64,000 bases of DNA from Candidatus Magasanikiibacteriota bacterium (GTDB lineage: Bacteria; Patescibacteriota; Patescibacteriia; Magasanikbacterales; UBA922): assembly GCA_052034405.1 (NCBI GenBank), contig JBPOIO010000023.1:15340-79339 (forward strand). Direction: 5' to 3'. Under the pieces are notes generated by a model that was not told the origin of the DNA, did no database searches, and worked only from the letters and a program-made list of their open reading frames with translations. Both the position numbers and the translations under genes were made by a program. Positions 18,697 to 26,926 of the stretch are shown one piece after another. The first letter of the stretch is position 1, and each line of letters starts with the position of its first letter.

Positions 18697-19944
18697 ATGA
18701 ATTTTTTCAAAACTCCAGTTTTTACGGGATTTATGCCAAATCTCCTCGCAAAAGAAGTGCTTCTCGCTCTCTCTTTTATGTTTCCTTGGAATTGGTCAAA
18801 ACTGCAATCGGGGAAAGCGCTCTCTTTACTCGAAAAACAATTCGAAACATTTTTTGGAATAAACTCTGTTATTGCTTTTGATAGTGGCCGTAGTAGCCTC
18901 CAAATTGCCCTAGAAAGCCTTGAAATGTCACAAAACGATGAAGTACTCCTCCAAGCCTATACCTGCTCTGTTGTGTCAAATGCCGTCATTTGGTCTGGGG
19001 CTCGTCCAGTATATGTTGATATAAACAAAAATTTCAACATGGACCCAAGTGATTTGGAGAAAAAAATCACTCCTCGTTCCAAAGTTCTCATTATTCAACA
19101 CACATTTGGAATTCCCGCAGATCTTGAAGCACTTGTAGCCATTGCCCAAAAACATAATCTTACTATCATTGAAGATTGTGCGCATGTCATTGGTGGTATG
19201 TATAAAAATAAAATGCTCGGAACTTGGGGAGATATTGCTATGCTCAGCTTTGGAACAGACAAATCTATTTCCTGTGGTCGAGGTGGAGCTTTGCTTACAA
19301 ATAATACAAATCTAGCAGAAAAATTTCGCAAAAGACAAAAAACACTTCCTCATCTTTCAAAAAAATATATTCTGCAACAACTCTACACTTTTATTCTTTT
19401 TTTTCTTTGCAAAGCACTGTATACTATTGGTATTGGAAAATTTGTACTCGCACTTTCAAAAAAATTGCATCTGAGTAGTCGAATTATTGAACAAAATGAA
19501 AAAAAAGGAAAGCAAAGTCCAAAATTTCCTGCACAATTGGCAAATACATTGGCAGAAATTGCACTTCATCAAATGAAACATTTGAATGAATTTAATGAGC
19601 ACAGAATTGCTCTTGCAGAAAACTATAAAAAAAATATACAAAATTCTCAAATAGAAACCCCAGAAAAAATTCAAAATATTCCATTTTTACGTTTTCCAAT
19701 TTTAGTCAAAAATCCAGCAAAACTTCACAAAATGGCGCAAAAAGAGGGGATACTCCTTGGAGATTGGTATACCACAGTTATTGCACCTTCTGATGTAGAT
19801 GAAAGTAAAATGGGCTATACAAAAGGATCTTGTCCCAATGCAGAAAAACTTGCGCAAAGATCAATAAATCTCCCAACACATATTCATATTTCTCAAAAAA
19901 ATCAAGAAAAAATCATCAAGATTGTAAATTCTTATGCCGAATAA
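18697..19944 (+). CDS. DegT/DnrJ/EryC1/StrS-family PLP-dependent sugar aminotransferase
   Basis: Fold-type I motifs (LLQAYTCSVVSNAVIWSGARPVYVD, AMLSFGTDKSISCGRGGALLTN). Confidence 0.8.
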   Translation: MNFFKTPVFTGFMPNLLAKEVLLALSFMFPWNWSKLQSGKALSLLEKQFETFFGINSVIAFDSGRSSLQIALESLEMSQNDEVLLQAYTCSVVSNAVIWSGARPVYVDINKNFNMDPSDLEKKITPRSKVLIIQHTFGIPADLEALVAIAQKHNLTIIEDCAHVIGGMYKNKMLGTWGDIAMLSFGTDKSISCGRGGALLTNNTNLAEKFRKRQKTLPHLSKKYILQQLYTFILFFLCKALYTIGIGKFVLALSKKLHLSSRIIEQNEKKGKQSPKFPAQLANTLAEIALHQMKHLNEFNEHRIALAENYKKNIQNSQIETPEKIQNIPFLRFPILVKNPAKLHKMAQKEGILLGDWYTTVIAPSDVDESKMGYTKGSCPNAEKLAQRSINLPTHIHISQKNQEKIIKIVNSYAE

Positions 19945-20965
19945 GCTGCGTATTCAAGAGATAGAAAGCCCACAAATTTGGGAATCTTTTGTTCGATCCC
20001 AAAAATCTACAGTTTTTGTACAAGCTCCTCAATATGGAGAATTTTATAAATCTCTTGGTGAAAATTTTTTTATTCTCGGAATTTTAAAAGAAGGGGAGCT
20101 TGTTGGAGGTTCTTTGGTAGTGACAACACATGCACGTCGTGGCAATTTCCTCTATCTTCCCTATGGTCCATTTTTACCAGAACAAAATAGGCAAGAAGCC
20201 CTGCAACTTTTCACAGAACACCTTGAAACATACGCAAAAAAACACAAATATTCTTTTATTCGTGTGAGTCCTTTTCTCGAGGAAAATGCTGAAAACATTG
20301 CTCTTTTCAAACATTGCAAATACCACCCTGCTCCCATGCATGCTCTTGCAGAAACAACATGGATTTTGAATATACAAGCATCCGAAGAAACACTTCTCAA
20401 AAACATGAACAAAAATCATCGTAATTTGATTCGTCGTTGTGAACGTGAAGGAGTTGTGATTACACAATCAACAAACCCAAAAGATCTTGATGGTCTTGAC
20501 GAAATGCTTGAGGTAACAGCACAAAGACATAACTTTACAAAATTTTCAAAAAAATATATTACTTCAGAATTCAAGAGTTTTCTCCCAGATAATACGGTTT
20601 TATTTGAAGCCAGACTTCCAGATGGTCGGCTCGATGGAGCTGCTATTATCATGTTTTATGGTACTATGGCCTGTTATCGTCATAGTGCTTCACTTGGCCT
20701 AGATAACAAGCTTCCAACCTCATATCTTCTTCAATGGAAAGTAATTCAAGAAGCTCAAAAAAGAGGCATGCACTGGTATAATTTTTGGGGTATTGCTCCC
20801 CTTGATGCCCACAAAAAACATCCATTTTTTGGTATTACCCATTTCAAAAAAGGTTTTGGTGGAGAAATACGAAATATTTTGCACTGTCAGGATTTTGTTG
20901 TCAGCAAAAAATATTATCTCAATTGGATTATAGAACAATTTCGAAAACGAAAACGTGGTTTCTAA
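19934..20965 (+). CDS. FemAB/FemX-family aminoacyl-tRNA-dependent peptidoglycan peptidyltransferase
   Basis: GNAT-duplication architecture. Motifs HRNLIRRCEREGV and ...AAIIMFYGTMACYRHSAS. Confidence 0.65.
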   Translation: MPNKLRIQEIESPQIWESFVRSQKSTVFVQAPQYGEFYKSLGENFFILGILKEGELVGGSLVVTTHARRGNFLYLPYGPFLPEQNRQEALQLFTEHLETYAKKHKYSFIRVSPFLEENAENIALFKHCKYHPAPMHALAETTWILNIQASEETLLKNMNKNHRNLIRRCEREGVVITQSTNPKDLDGLDEMLEVTAQRHNFTKFSKKYITSEFKSFLPDNTVLFEARLPDGRLDGAAIIMFYGTMACYRHSASLGLDNKLPTSYLLQWKVIQEAQKRGMHWYNFWGIAPLDAHKKHPFFGITHFKKGFGGEIRNILHCQDFVVSKKYYLNWIIEQFRKRKRGF

Positions 20966-20968
20966 AAT

Positions 20969-21925
20969 ATGAGAGATTTTTTTCATAAAAAAAATAAACA
21001 GACAGGACATATTCCACCGGGATATCGTTCTTTTGAACATAGCACGACAATTCCTGAAAAAAATAAACAAAGATCATGGAAATGGTATAGCAAAATTATC
21101 GTTATTTGTATTACTTTTTTGGGAACTTTTGGACTTCTTTTTTTACACCCTTTTTTTCAGATTCATACAATTCAAATTCGAGGTCTGCATCGTATTGAAG
21201 AAGGGGATATACGTGATACCGTAAATGGTATTCTCTCCTATAAACGTTTTTTGATTTTCCCACAAAATAATTTTTTTGTTCTTGATATTGATGATCTCCA
21301 TACTATTTTGGAACAAAAATTTGGTCTTCAAAAATTAACTATTACAAAACGCTTTCCCCATAGTGTACATATTGTTTTAGAAGAAAAACTTTCTTCTATC
21401 ATGTATGATAATGGCGAACAATATGCCATGATTGATGCGAAAGGAAAGGTTTCTGAAATTTTACGCATTATTGATGATAGTGAATGGCGTGTTATCAAAA
21501 AACGTGTTACAAGTACGAGTGAAGGTGGCACAGAAGTTTCTACTGAACAAATTGTTTCACGATTTCACACTCCAAATTATAAAAAAATTATCAGCGAAGT
21601 AGGGGACTATCCCCTCGTGTATGATAACAGAAGTAAAAAGGTAGGAAAAGGTGAACAAGTTTTGAATGAAAATACAGTCCAAGAAATCATTGAGTGGTAT
21701 GAAGCCCTCAAAAAAACAGATATTCCTTTTACTTATTTTTACTTGGAACAAGAGGTTGGTGATGTAACAATCAAAACCACAGAAGGTTGGAATATCAAAG
21801 CCAAACTCGATAAAAACATTCCAGAACAATTTCAAACCTTAGAATATATTTTGAAACAAAAAGTAAAACGTCCAGACATCCAATATATTGATGTTCGTTT
21901 TTCGGGTCGTGCTTTTTGGTTGTAA
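20969..21925 (+). CDS. ftsQ: Cell division protein FtsQ/DivIB-like (TM helix plus POTRA domain)
   Basis: N-terminal TM. POTRA-like IHTIQIRGLHRIEEGDIRDTV. Beta-domain PHSVHIVLEEK. Follows murF and fem genes. Confidence 0.55.
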   Translation: MRDFFHKKNKQTGHIPPGYRSFEHSTTIPEKNKQRSWKWYSKIIVICITFLGTFGLLFLHPFFQIHTIQIRGLHRIEEGDIRDTVNGILSYKRFLIFPQNNFFVLDIDDLHTILEQKFGLQKLTITKRFPHSVHIVLEEKLSSIMYDNGEQYAMIDAKGKVSEILRIIDDSEWRVIKKRVTSTSEGGTEVSTEQIVSRFHTPNYKKIISEVGDYPLVYDNRSKKVGKGEQVLNENTVQEIIEWYEALKKTDIPFTYFYLEQEVGDVTIKTTEGWNIKAKLDKNIPEQFQTLEYILKQKVKRPDIQYIDVRFSGRAFWL

Positions 21926-21990
21926 GAGAGGAGAGTGGGACTTCTTTTTGGCAGCGACTGTATGCTTGGTTTAAGGTATAAATATAGTGT

Positions 21991-22396
21991 CGCAGAATAT
22001 ATCTTATGCGACATGATTAAATGAGGCGCTTAAAACCACAGGTGTCAGTATACCACTCACTTTGAGAACTTTTCTAGGTCAGTCTTTAAAGAGCCTCTTA
22101 ATAGAAACCTGACAATCGATAATCCTTCTTTATATCTCTTTATTATATACAAATATATCAAAATCTCTTTGTAAAATCTGTTTTTAAAATTTTTTTTGTA
22201 CAAAATCCTTTTTGTTTTTTCAAAATTATTTTTTTAAAAGTTTCTCCGTATTTCAAATGATTCAAACAAAATTATTATATATAAAATATCTCTCACAAAA
22301 AAGAATTTTAAAATTGAAGAAGCATCTTTTTCAAGCTTTTGAATATTCCCCTGTCTCGTACTTCCCTTTTTGAATAATATTGTGCGACACTAGATA
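21991..22396. repeat. Imperfect inverted repeats flanking an AT-rich noncoding segment
   Basis: ATAGTGTCGCAGAATA at 21991-22006 versus reverse complement of TATTGTGCGACACTAG at 22377-22394 (14/16 identical). Local hairpin TGTCGCA(N12)TGCGACA at 21996-22021. No ORF over 60 aa. Confidence 0.3.
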
Positions 22397-22418
22397 AGTA
22401 GCAATAATTTTTTACACA

Positions 22419-22456
22419 TAAAAAAACAACCTAGCTTTTTTATGCCAGGTTGTTTT
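22419..22456 (-). terminator. Intrinsic terminator of dsbA-like gene
   Basis: Stem AACAACCT (22425-22432) pairs with AGGTTGTT (22447-22454). On the minus strand it is followed by a U-run (plus-strand A-run 22419-22424). Confidence 0.55.
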
Positions 22457-22473
22457 AAATTTATAGAGTAGTC

Positions 22474-23256
22474 TTATTTCAAGTATTGTTGGAGTTTTGC
22501 TTCTACAGAAGAGAAAGGTTCTGCTCCGTTAACAATAGTCGTTTCGCCATTTGGCCCAACGATAATGGTATTTGGAGTTCCTCGTACTCCCCCTTCGGCA
22601 CCACTGGTACTATCTCGTTGTACACGATCAGCATATTTTTTGCTGTCCACACAAGATTGAAATTTTGAAATATTTTTTACACCAGCTTCTTTTGCATAGT
22701 TTCCAAGTTGTGAAAGGTCAAGGCCATCATTTCCTGGGGTAACAGCATAAACTTTGTCAATAAATTCCCAAAATTTACCTTGTTCAGCCGCACATTCAGA
22801 GGCAATAGCTTCTGGTCGTGCTTGACTGTGAATACTATCAAGTGGGAAATGACGGAATACCCAGCGTACTTGTGTCCCATATTTTGCCATGATTTGTTGC
22901 ATGGTTGGGTGAAAAGTTTTACAAAATGGACATTCAAGATCACTATATTCGATCAAAGTTACTTTTGCATTGGCATTACCACGGATATGGTCAACTTTTG
23001 GGTCAACTGCTGCAACGGTTATTTTTGTTGGGGCAGCATTATTATCTGCAGCACTTGGGTTTTGTGCATTGTTGTTGAGAACAATGGGTGAGTTACTTCC
23101 ACTATCACTATCATTTGATTGAAAATACACTCCAATCATGATAAAAAAACCAAGTGTACAAAGAACGAGAATCGCTTCGACCACTCCAAAAATAAAAACC
23201 TGGATCGGACTCATGGTCGAGAGGAATCCGGATTTAGGCGCAACTGTGTTGTCCAT
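22474..23256 (-). CDS. DsbA-family thiol:disulfide oxidoreductase, membrane-anchored
   Basis: N-terminal TM. Thioredoxin CPFC active site. Low-complexity linker. Confidence 0.75.
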   Translation of the reverse strand: MDNTVAPKSGFLSTMSPIQVFIFGVVEAILVLCTLGFFIMIGVYFQSNDSDSGSNSPIVLNNNAQNPSAADNNAAPTKITVAAVDPKVDHIRGNANAKVTLIEYSDLECPFCKTFHPTMQQIMAKYGTQVRWVFRHFPLDSIHSQARPEAIASECAAEQGKFWEFIDKVYAVTPGNDGLDLSQLGNYAKEAGVKNISKFQSCVDSKKYADRVQRDSTSGAEGGVRGTPNTIIVGPNGETTIVNGAEPFSSVEAKLQQYLK

Positions 23257-23300
23257 AGGTGTATAAAAATAAAAAATGAATACACCTTATGATAGCATAT

Positions 23301-24254
23301 TTAGATATAGGGCTGCAAGAGTCCACGGAGCTCTGCAAGCGTTTTTACTTGAACAAGCTGCATACGAAGAGCTTTCATCTGAGATGGGTCTTCGCTGAGG
23401 CGACTTGCCTTAAAATACCAAGATAGATGTTTGCGAAAAGTCATCATTCCACGTTCACCATATTGAGCAATATGAAGTTCTGCATGTTCGAGAACACGAC
23501 GAACTCTTTCAGACATTTCAACTGTCTCTATCCCCTGTTTATAGAGAGAAAAAAACCAAGGATTTCCCAAAGCACCACGCGCAATCAAAACACCATCTGC
23601 TTTTGTTTGTTCCAAAACTTCACGCACGTGATGTGGCTCGTGAACATCTCCATTGGCAAGCAGTGGAACCCGAGCCATTGCTTTCGCCTGTGCAATTCGA
23701 GCCCAATCACTTTTTCCAGAATATCCCTGGGCTTTGGTACGACCATGCACCGTAATAAGATCTGCTCCAGCTTCTTCGATCACTGGAATAAAACGTTTGA
23801 AATCATCTGGATCACTCCAACCCAAACGAATTTTTACAGAAAGTGGAGTATCCCACAATACTGATTTCATTTCTCGAATAATAGCAGCCGCGCGTTCAGG
23901 CTCTTTCATAAGAGCACAGCCATTAAAATTACTGGTAATTTTATAGACAGGACAACCCATGTTAATATCAATACCTTCTGGAGCTGCATGTTTCATGACA
24001 ATTTCAGCAGCACGGGCCATGGTAAGTGGGTCAGAACCAAAAATTTGTTGCACAATAGGTCTCTCCCCTGCTACAAAGTCAGTCATCCCCAAAGTCTTGG
24101 CACTATCTCGAACAAGAGCCTCACTGCTCACCATTTCGCGAAAAACAACATCCGCTCCACCAATATTTCGTACAACCTGACAAAAAGCAGAGTCAGTCAT
24201 ATCTGCCATTGGTGAAAGCGCCAAAATAGGTTTTTGAAAATCAGTCCATTTCAT
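23301..24254 (-). CDS. dus: tRNA-dihydrouridine synthase
   Basis: TIM-barrel Dus motifs (LALSPMADMTDSAFC, IDINMGCPV). Start is 24254 or 24275. A TATAAT (minus strand, 24264-24269) favours 24254. Confidence 0.8.
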   Translation of the reverse strand: MKWTDFQKPILALSPMADMTDSAFCQVVRNIGGADVVFREMVSSEALVRDSAKTLGMTDFVAGERPIVQQIFGSDPLTMARAAEIVMKHAAPEGIDINMGCPVYKITSNFNGCALMKEPERAAAIIREMKSVLWDTPLSVKIRLGWSDPDDFKRFIPVIEEAGADLITVHGRTKAQGYSGKSDWARIAQAKAMARVPLLANGDVHEPHHVREVLEQTKADGVLIARGALGNPWFFSLYKQGIETVEMSERVRRVLEHAELHIAQYGERGMMTFRKHLSWYFKASRLSEDPSQMKALRMQLVQVKTLAELRGLLQPYI

Positions 24255-24281
24255 AAAAATGCCATTATACGACAAACATAT

Positions 24282-24312
24282 AAAAAAAGCAAGTCATAAA
24301 ACCTGCTTTTTT
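24282..24312 (-). terminator. Candidate intrinsic terminator (hairpin with U-runs on both strands)
   Basis: GCAAG (24289-24293) pairs with CCTGC (24302-24306) with one G-U. Flanked by A-run and T-run. Confidence 0.35.
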
Positions 24313-24331
24313 GTCTTTATAGAGAGAAGAT

Positions 24332-25726
24332 TTAACCAAATTTGGTATCTTTTGCAAATGAACCACCCTGTACACCACTATCCATAAAAATCTCTTCGGG
24401 GGCATTTGAAGGCGCAAGGAGTGATTCAATAGGAAGTCCCATTGGAGGTTCTGCACTTTTCATTTTTGTTTTTTGAAGTGATGGGGTTTTTACATGAGAC
24501 ATTGGAAAATGCCAAATAGTTGCGAGTTCTTCTACATTGAGAACACAGGGATTCGCCCCAGTACCAATTTTTCGTTTTTTATAAGCCTTCATGAGCAATT
24601 TTTTACGATCATTGCTTCGCTTTTTGGCAAACATATAGTGAGCCCCACTTGAAAATTTTGGTACAATAGAATTTGATGTTGGAATATTATATTGATGCAG
24701 TGCCCCAATAATAGCATTAACGGCACGACCAGGTTGAAAGACTTCTTTTCGTGCCAAATAAAGCGCACGCATTTTGGTTTTGAAGCCAAGCATGCTAATT
24801 TTTTTCTCCATAGCCTCAACTAAAGTTTTTTGGCCAGGAGTTAGAAAACTCAAATTATTCATAGGTCCACCATGATCGTCATGAGACTCCGAAGCTTCAC
24901 GTGCAAAAACTTGATCTCCTACTTGTTCAAGAAGTTTAAAGGGAGCCGAAGTAATAGCATCAACAATTTTATTTCCTCCATGGTGATGTGACTCGGCACC
25001 AATAATTTCGTTTATTTTTTCCATGGCGTGATGTTTCCAACTATTGGAAATTGGTTCGATCAAAATCTGAAACCAAATTTGTTCTCCAGGGCCAATACGT
25101 GTAAAACTCTCCAAAAATGCTCCCATTGGATCTTTTAAGACAGTATCTTTGGAAATGCTATGTTCAAATTCACGATAAGTACGAATAGGATAGGCATCGT
25201 CTGTTGCAAGAGTAAAATCCCCTGCCCACATGTCATACTCTGAATCTGGAAAAGTATCCGGAGCCTTGGTCACATAATCTTCTACTTCAATGACTTCAAT
25301 ATCAGGGTACTGTGCATACAGAGCCGCTTCAACCAAATCACGATAACTCTCTTCGGTACGAATCAAAAATTGAATATAACCCTCTATACTAATAATTTCA
25401 AAACTAAACCATTTTTGTTTGTAACCATGCCAAAATTTTTCACCAATACCAGGGTCATTGAAAGCTCCAGCAAGATGAAAGAAAAATTGTTCTACAGCCT
25501 TTGGTGTTTGTACATTAATAGCAGGAGTATCAACAGCAAGCAAAACCCATTTCCAACTATGTTTATAAAGCTCCTGACGATATTCTAGAAAGTATTCTTC
25601 AAATACAAGAGCAATAAGCCAAAAAAATATAAGATAGCCAAACATGGCAAAAAGTTGGGTGACGACTTCAAATGGAGTTTGAAGAAAAAAAACACTGATT
25701 GTATCCAAAATTGTTGCAAAGTCCAT
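24332..25726 (-). CDS. Hypothetical protein, N-terminal TM helices plus large soluble domain
   Basis: 464-aa ORF. No P-loop or other recognisable catalytic motif. Confidence 0.5.
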   Translation of the reverse strand: MDFATILDTISVFFLQTPFEVVTQLFAMFGYLIFFWLIALVFEEYFLEYRQELYKHSWKWVLLAVDTPAINVQTPKAVEQFFFHLAGAFNDPGIGEKFWHGYKQKWFSFEIISIEGYIQFLIRTEESYRDLVEAALYAQYPDIEVIEVEDYVTKAPDTFPDSEYDMWAGDFTLATDDAYPIRTYREFEHSISKDTVLKDPMGAFLESFTRIGPGEQIWFQILIEPISNSWKHHAMEKINEIIGAESHHHGGNKIVDAITSAPFKLLEQVGDQVFAREASESHDDHGGPMNNLSFLTPGQKTLVEAMEKKISMLGFKTKMRALYLARKEVFQPGRAVNAIIGALHQYNIPTSNSIVPKFSSGAHYMFAKKRSNDRKKLLMKAYKKRKIGTGANPCVLNVEELATIWHFPMSHVKTPSLQKTKMKSAEPPMGLPIESLLAPSNAPEEIFMDSGVQGGSFAKDTKFG

Positions 25727-25730
25727 AGTG

Positions 25731-25906
25731 CTTTAGTGTCCACCTGCAGCGTGTACAATCTTGTAGGTAATCATATAAATAAAAATGAGACCAAATCCTG
25801 TCCACCACCAACCATGAGTACCACTGATATAAGCCGCAGCATATACCAAAATACAAAGAAGCATGGCCAGAAATGAAACAAGATGTCGTACAAAACCATC
25901 TGTCAT
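25731..25906 (-). CDS. Possible small 2-TM membrane protein, 58 aa (MTDGFVRHLVSFLAMLLCILVYAAAYISGTHGWWWTGFGLIFIYMITYKIVHAAGGH)
   Basis: Read directly. Fills the gap between the hypothetical gene and secF. No SD. Confidence 0.25.
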
Positions 25907-26005
25907 AAAATAAAGCTATGAAATATATACATAGTATAACATAGCGCACAAAAAAAGAAAAACCTCGGATGAGATTTTTCTTTTTGAAAGAGAGCAAAGA
26001 CAAAA

Positions 26006-26926
26006 TTATTTTCTTGTTTTTCTCCATTCTTCCCAAGATACCAGAAGAGAACTTGCAATAAAAATTGATGAATAAGTTCCAAAGAATACTCCGATAATCA
26101 GTGCAAGTGAAAAAGATCTTGTTGTTTCTCCACCAAAGAAATACAGAGCAATCAAAGTCAATTGTACTGTAAGTGAAGTGTTGACAGAACGACCAATCGT
26201 TTCATTGACAGCAAGATTCACTGTCTGAGCAAAATCTTTGATACCTTTGAGCAATACTTTTTCACGAATACGATCAAATACTACGATCGTATCGTTAACA
26301 GAATAACCCAAGATTGTCAGCAAGGCTACAACAAAAGAAATATCTACTTCAATACCCAGAAAATGTCCAAGAAGTGAGAAAATACCCATTGTAATTACTA
26401 CATCGTGCAAGAGCGCTACAACAGCCGTTACACCATATTTCCATGAAGGAACAGATTTTGAGACCTTACGAAAGGCATAGGCAATAAAGAGCACAATACC
26501 AATAGATACGGCCAAAATAGCATAGAGTGATCGAGTTTTGAGCTGTTCACTAAATGCTGGTCCAATAGTTTCAAGACGTTCTTCACGAACTTGGACAGTA
26601 TCTTTTTGAAATTGATCACGAAGACCAAGAAGAATCTTTTGGTGTTCTGCTTCTGAAATAAATGGCAATTTTATAATAATAGATTGATCACCAGAAAATT
26701 GCAGTTTTGATGGAGTAAATCCAGTTTTTTCAATAGTTGTCCTTATTTCAGTTGTCTGTGGACGAGCGCCACCAGTAAAACTCACTTCAAGAAGTGAACC
26801 ACCAGTAAAATCAAGTCCGGGTTTCAGACCAAAAACAAATAAAGAAATAAGACTGGTCACGAATAAAATTCCTGAAAAGATAAAGGCAATATTTCTTTTT
26901 TTAATAATTTCGTACAACATAGACAA
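26006..26926 (-). CDS. secF: Protein translocase subunit SecF
   Basis: 6-TM SecF pattern (LDFTGGSLLEV, ...YSVNDTIVVFDRIRE). Confidence 0.85.
   Translation of the reverse strand: MSMLYEIIKKRNIAFIFSGILFVTSLISLFVFGLKPGLDFTGGSLLEVSFTGGARPQTTEIRTTIEKTGFTPSKLQFSGDQSIIIKLPFISEAEHQKILLGLRDQFQKDTVQVREERLETIGPAFSEQLKTRSLYAILAVSIGIVLFIAYAFRKVSKSVPSWKYGVTAVVALLHDVVITMGIFSLLGHFLGIEVDISFVVALLTILGYSVNDTIVVFDRIREKVLLKGIKDFAQTVNLAVNETIGRSVNTSLTVQLTLIALYFFGGETTRSFSLALIIGVFFGTYSSIFIASSLLVSWEEWRKTRK

Noticed and set aside
25668-26036. 122-aa minus ORF spanning the secF 5' end region
   Set aside because: Overlaps the secF start and the hypothetical gene end in another frame. Composition implausible. A shorter 58-aa ORF in a different frame was noted instead, at low confidence.
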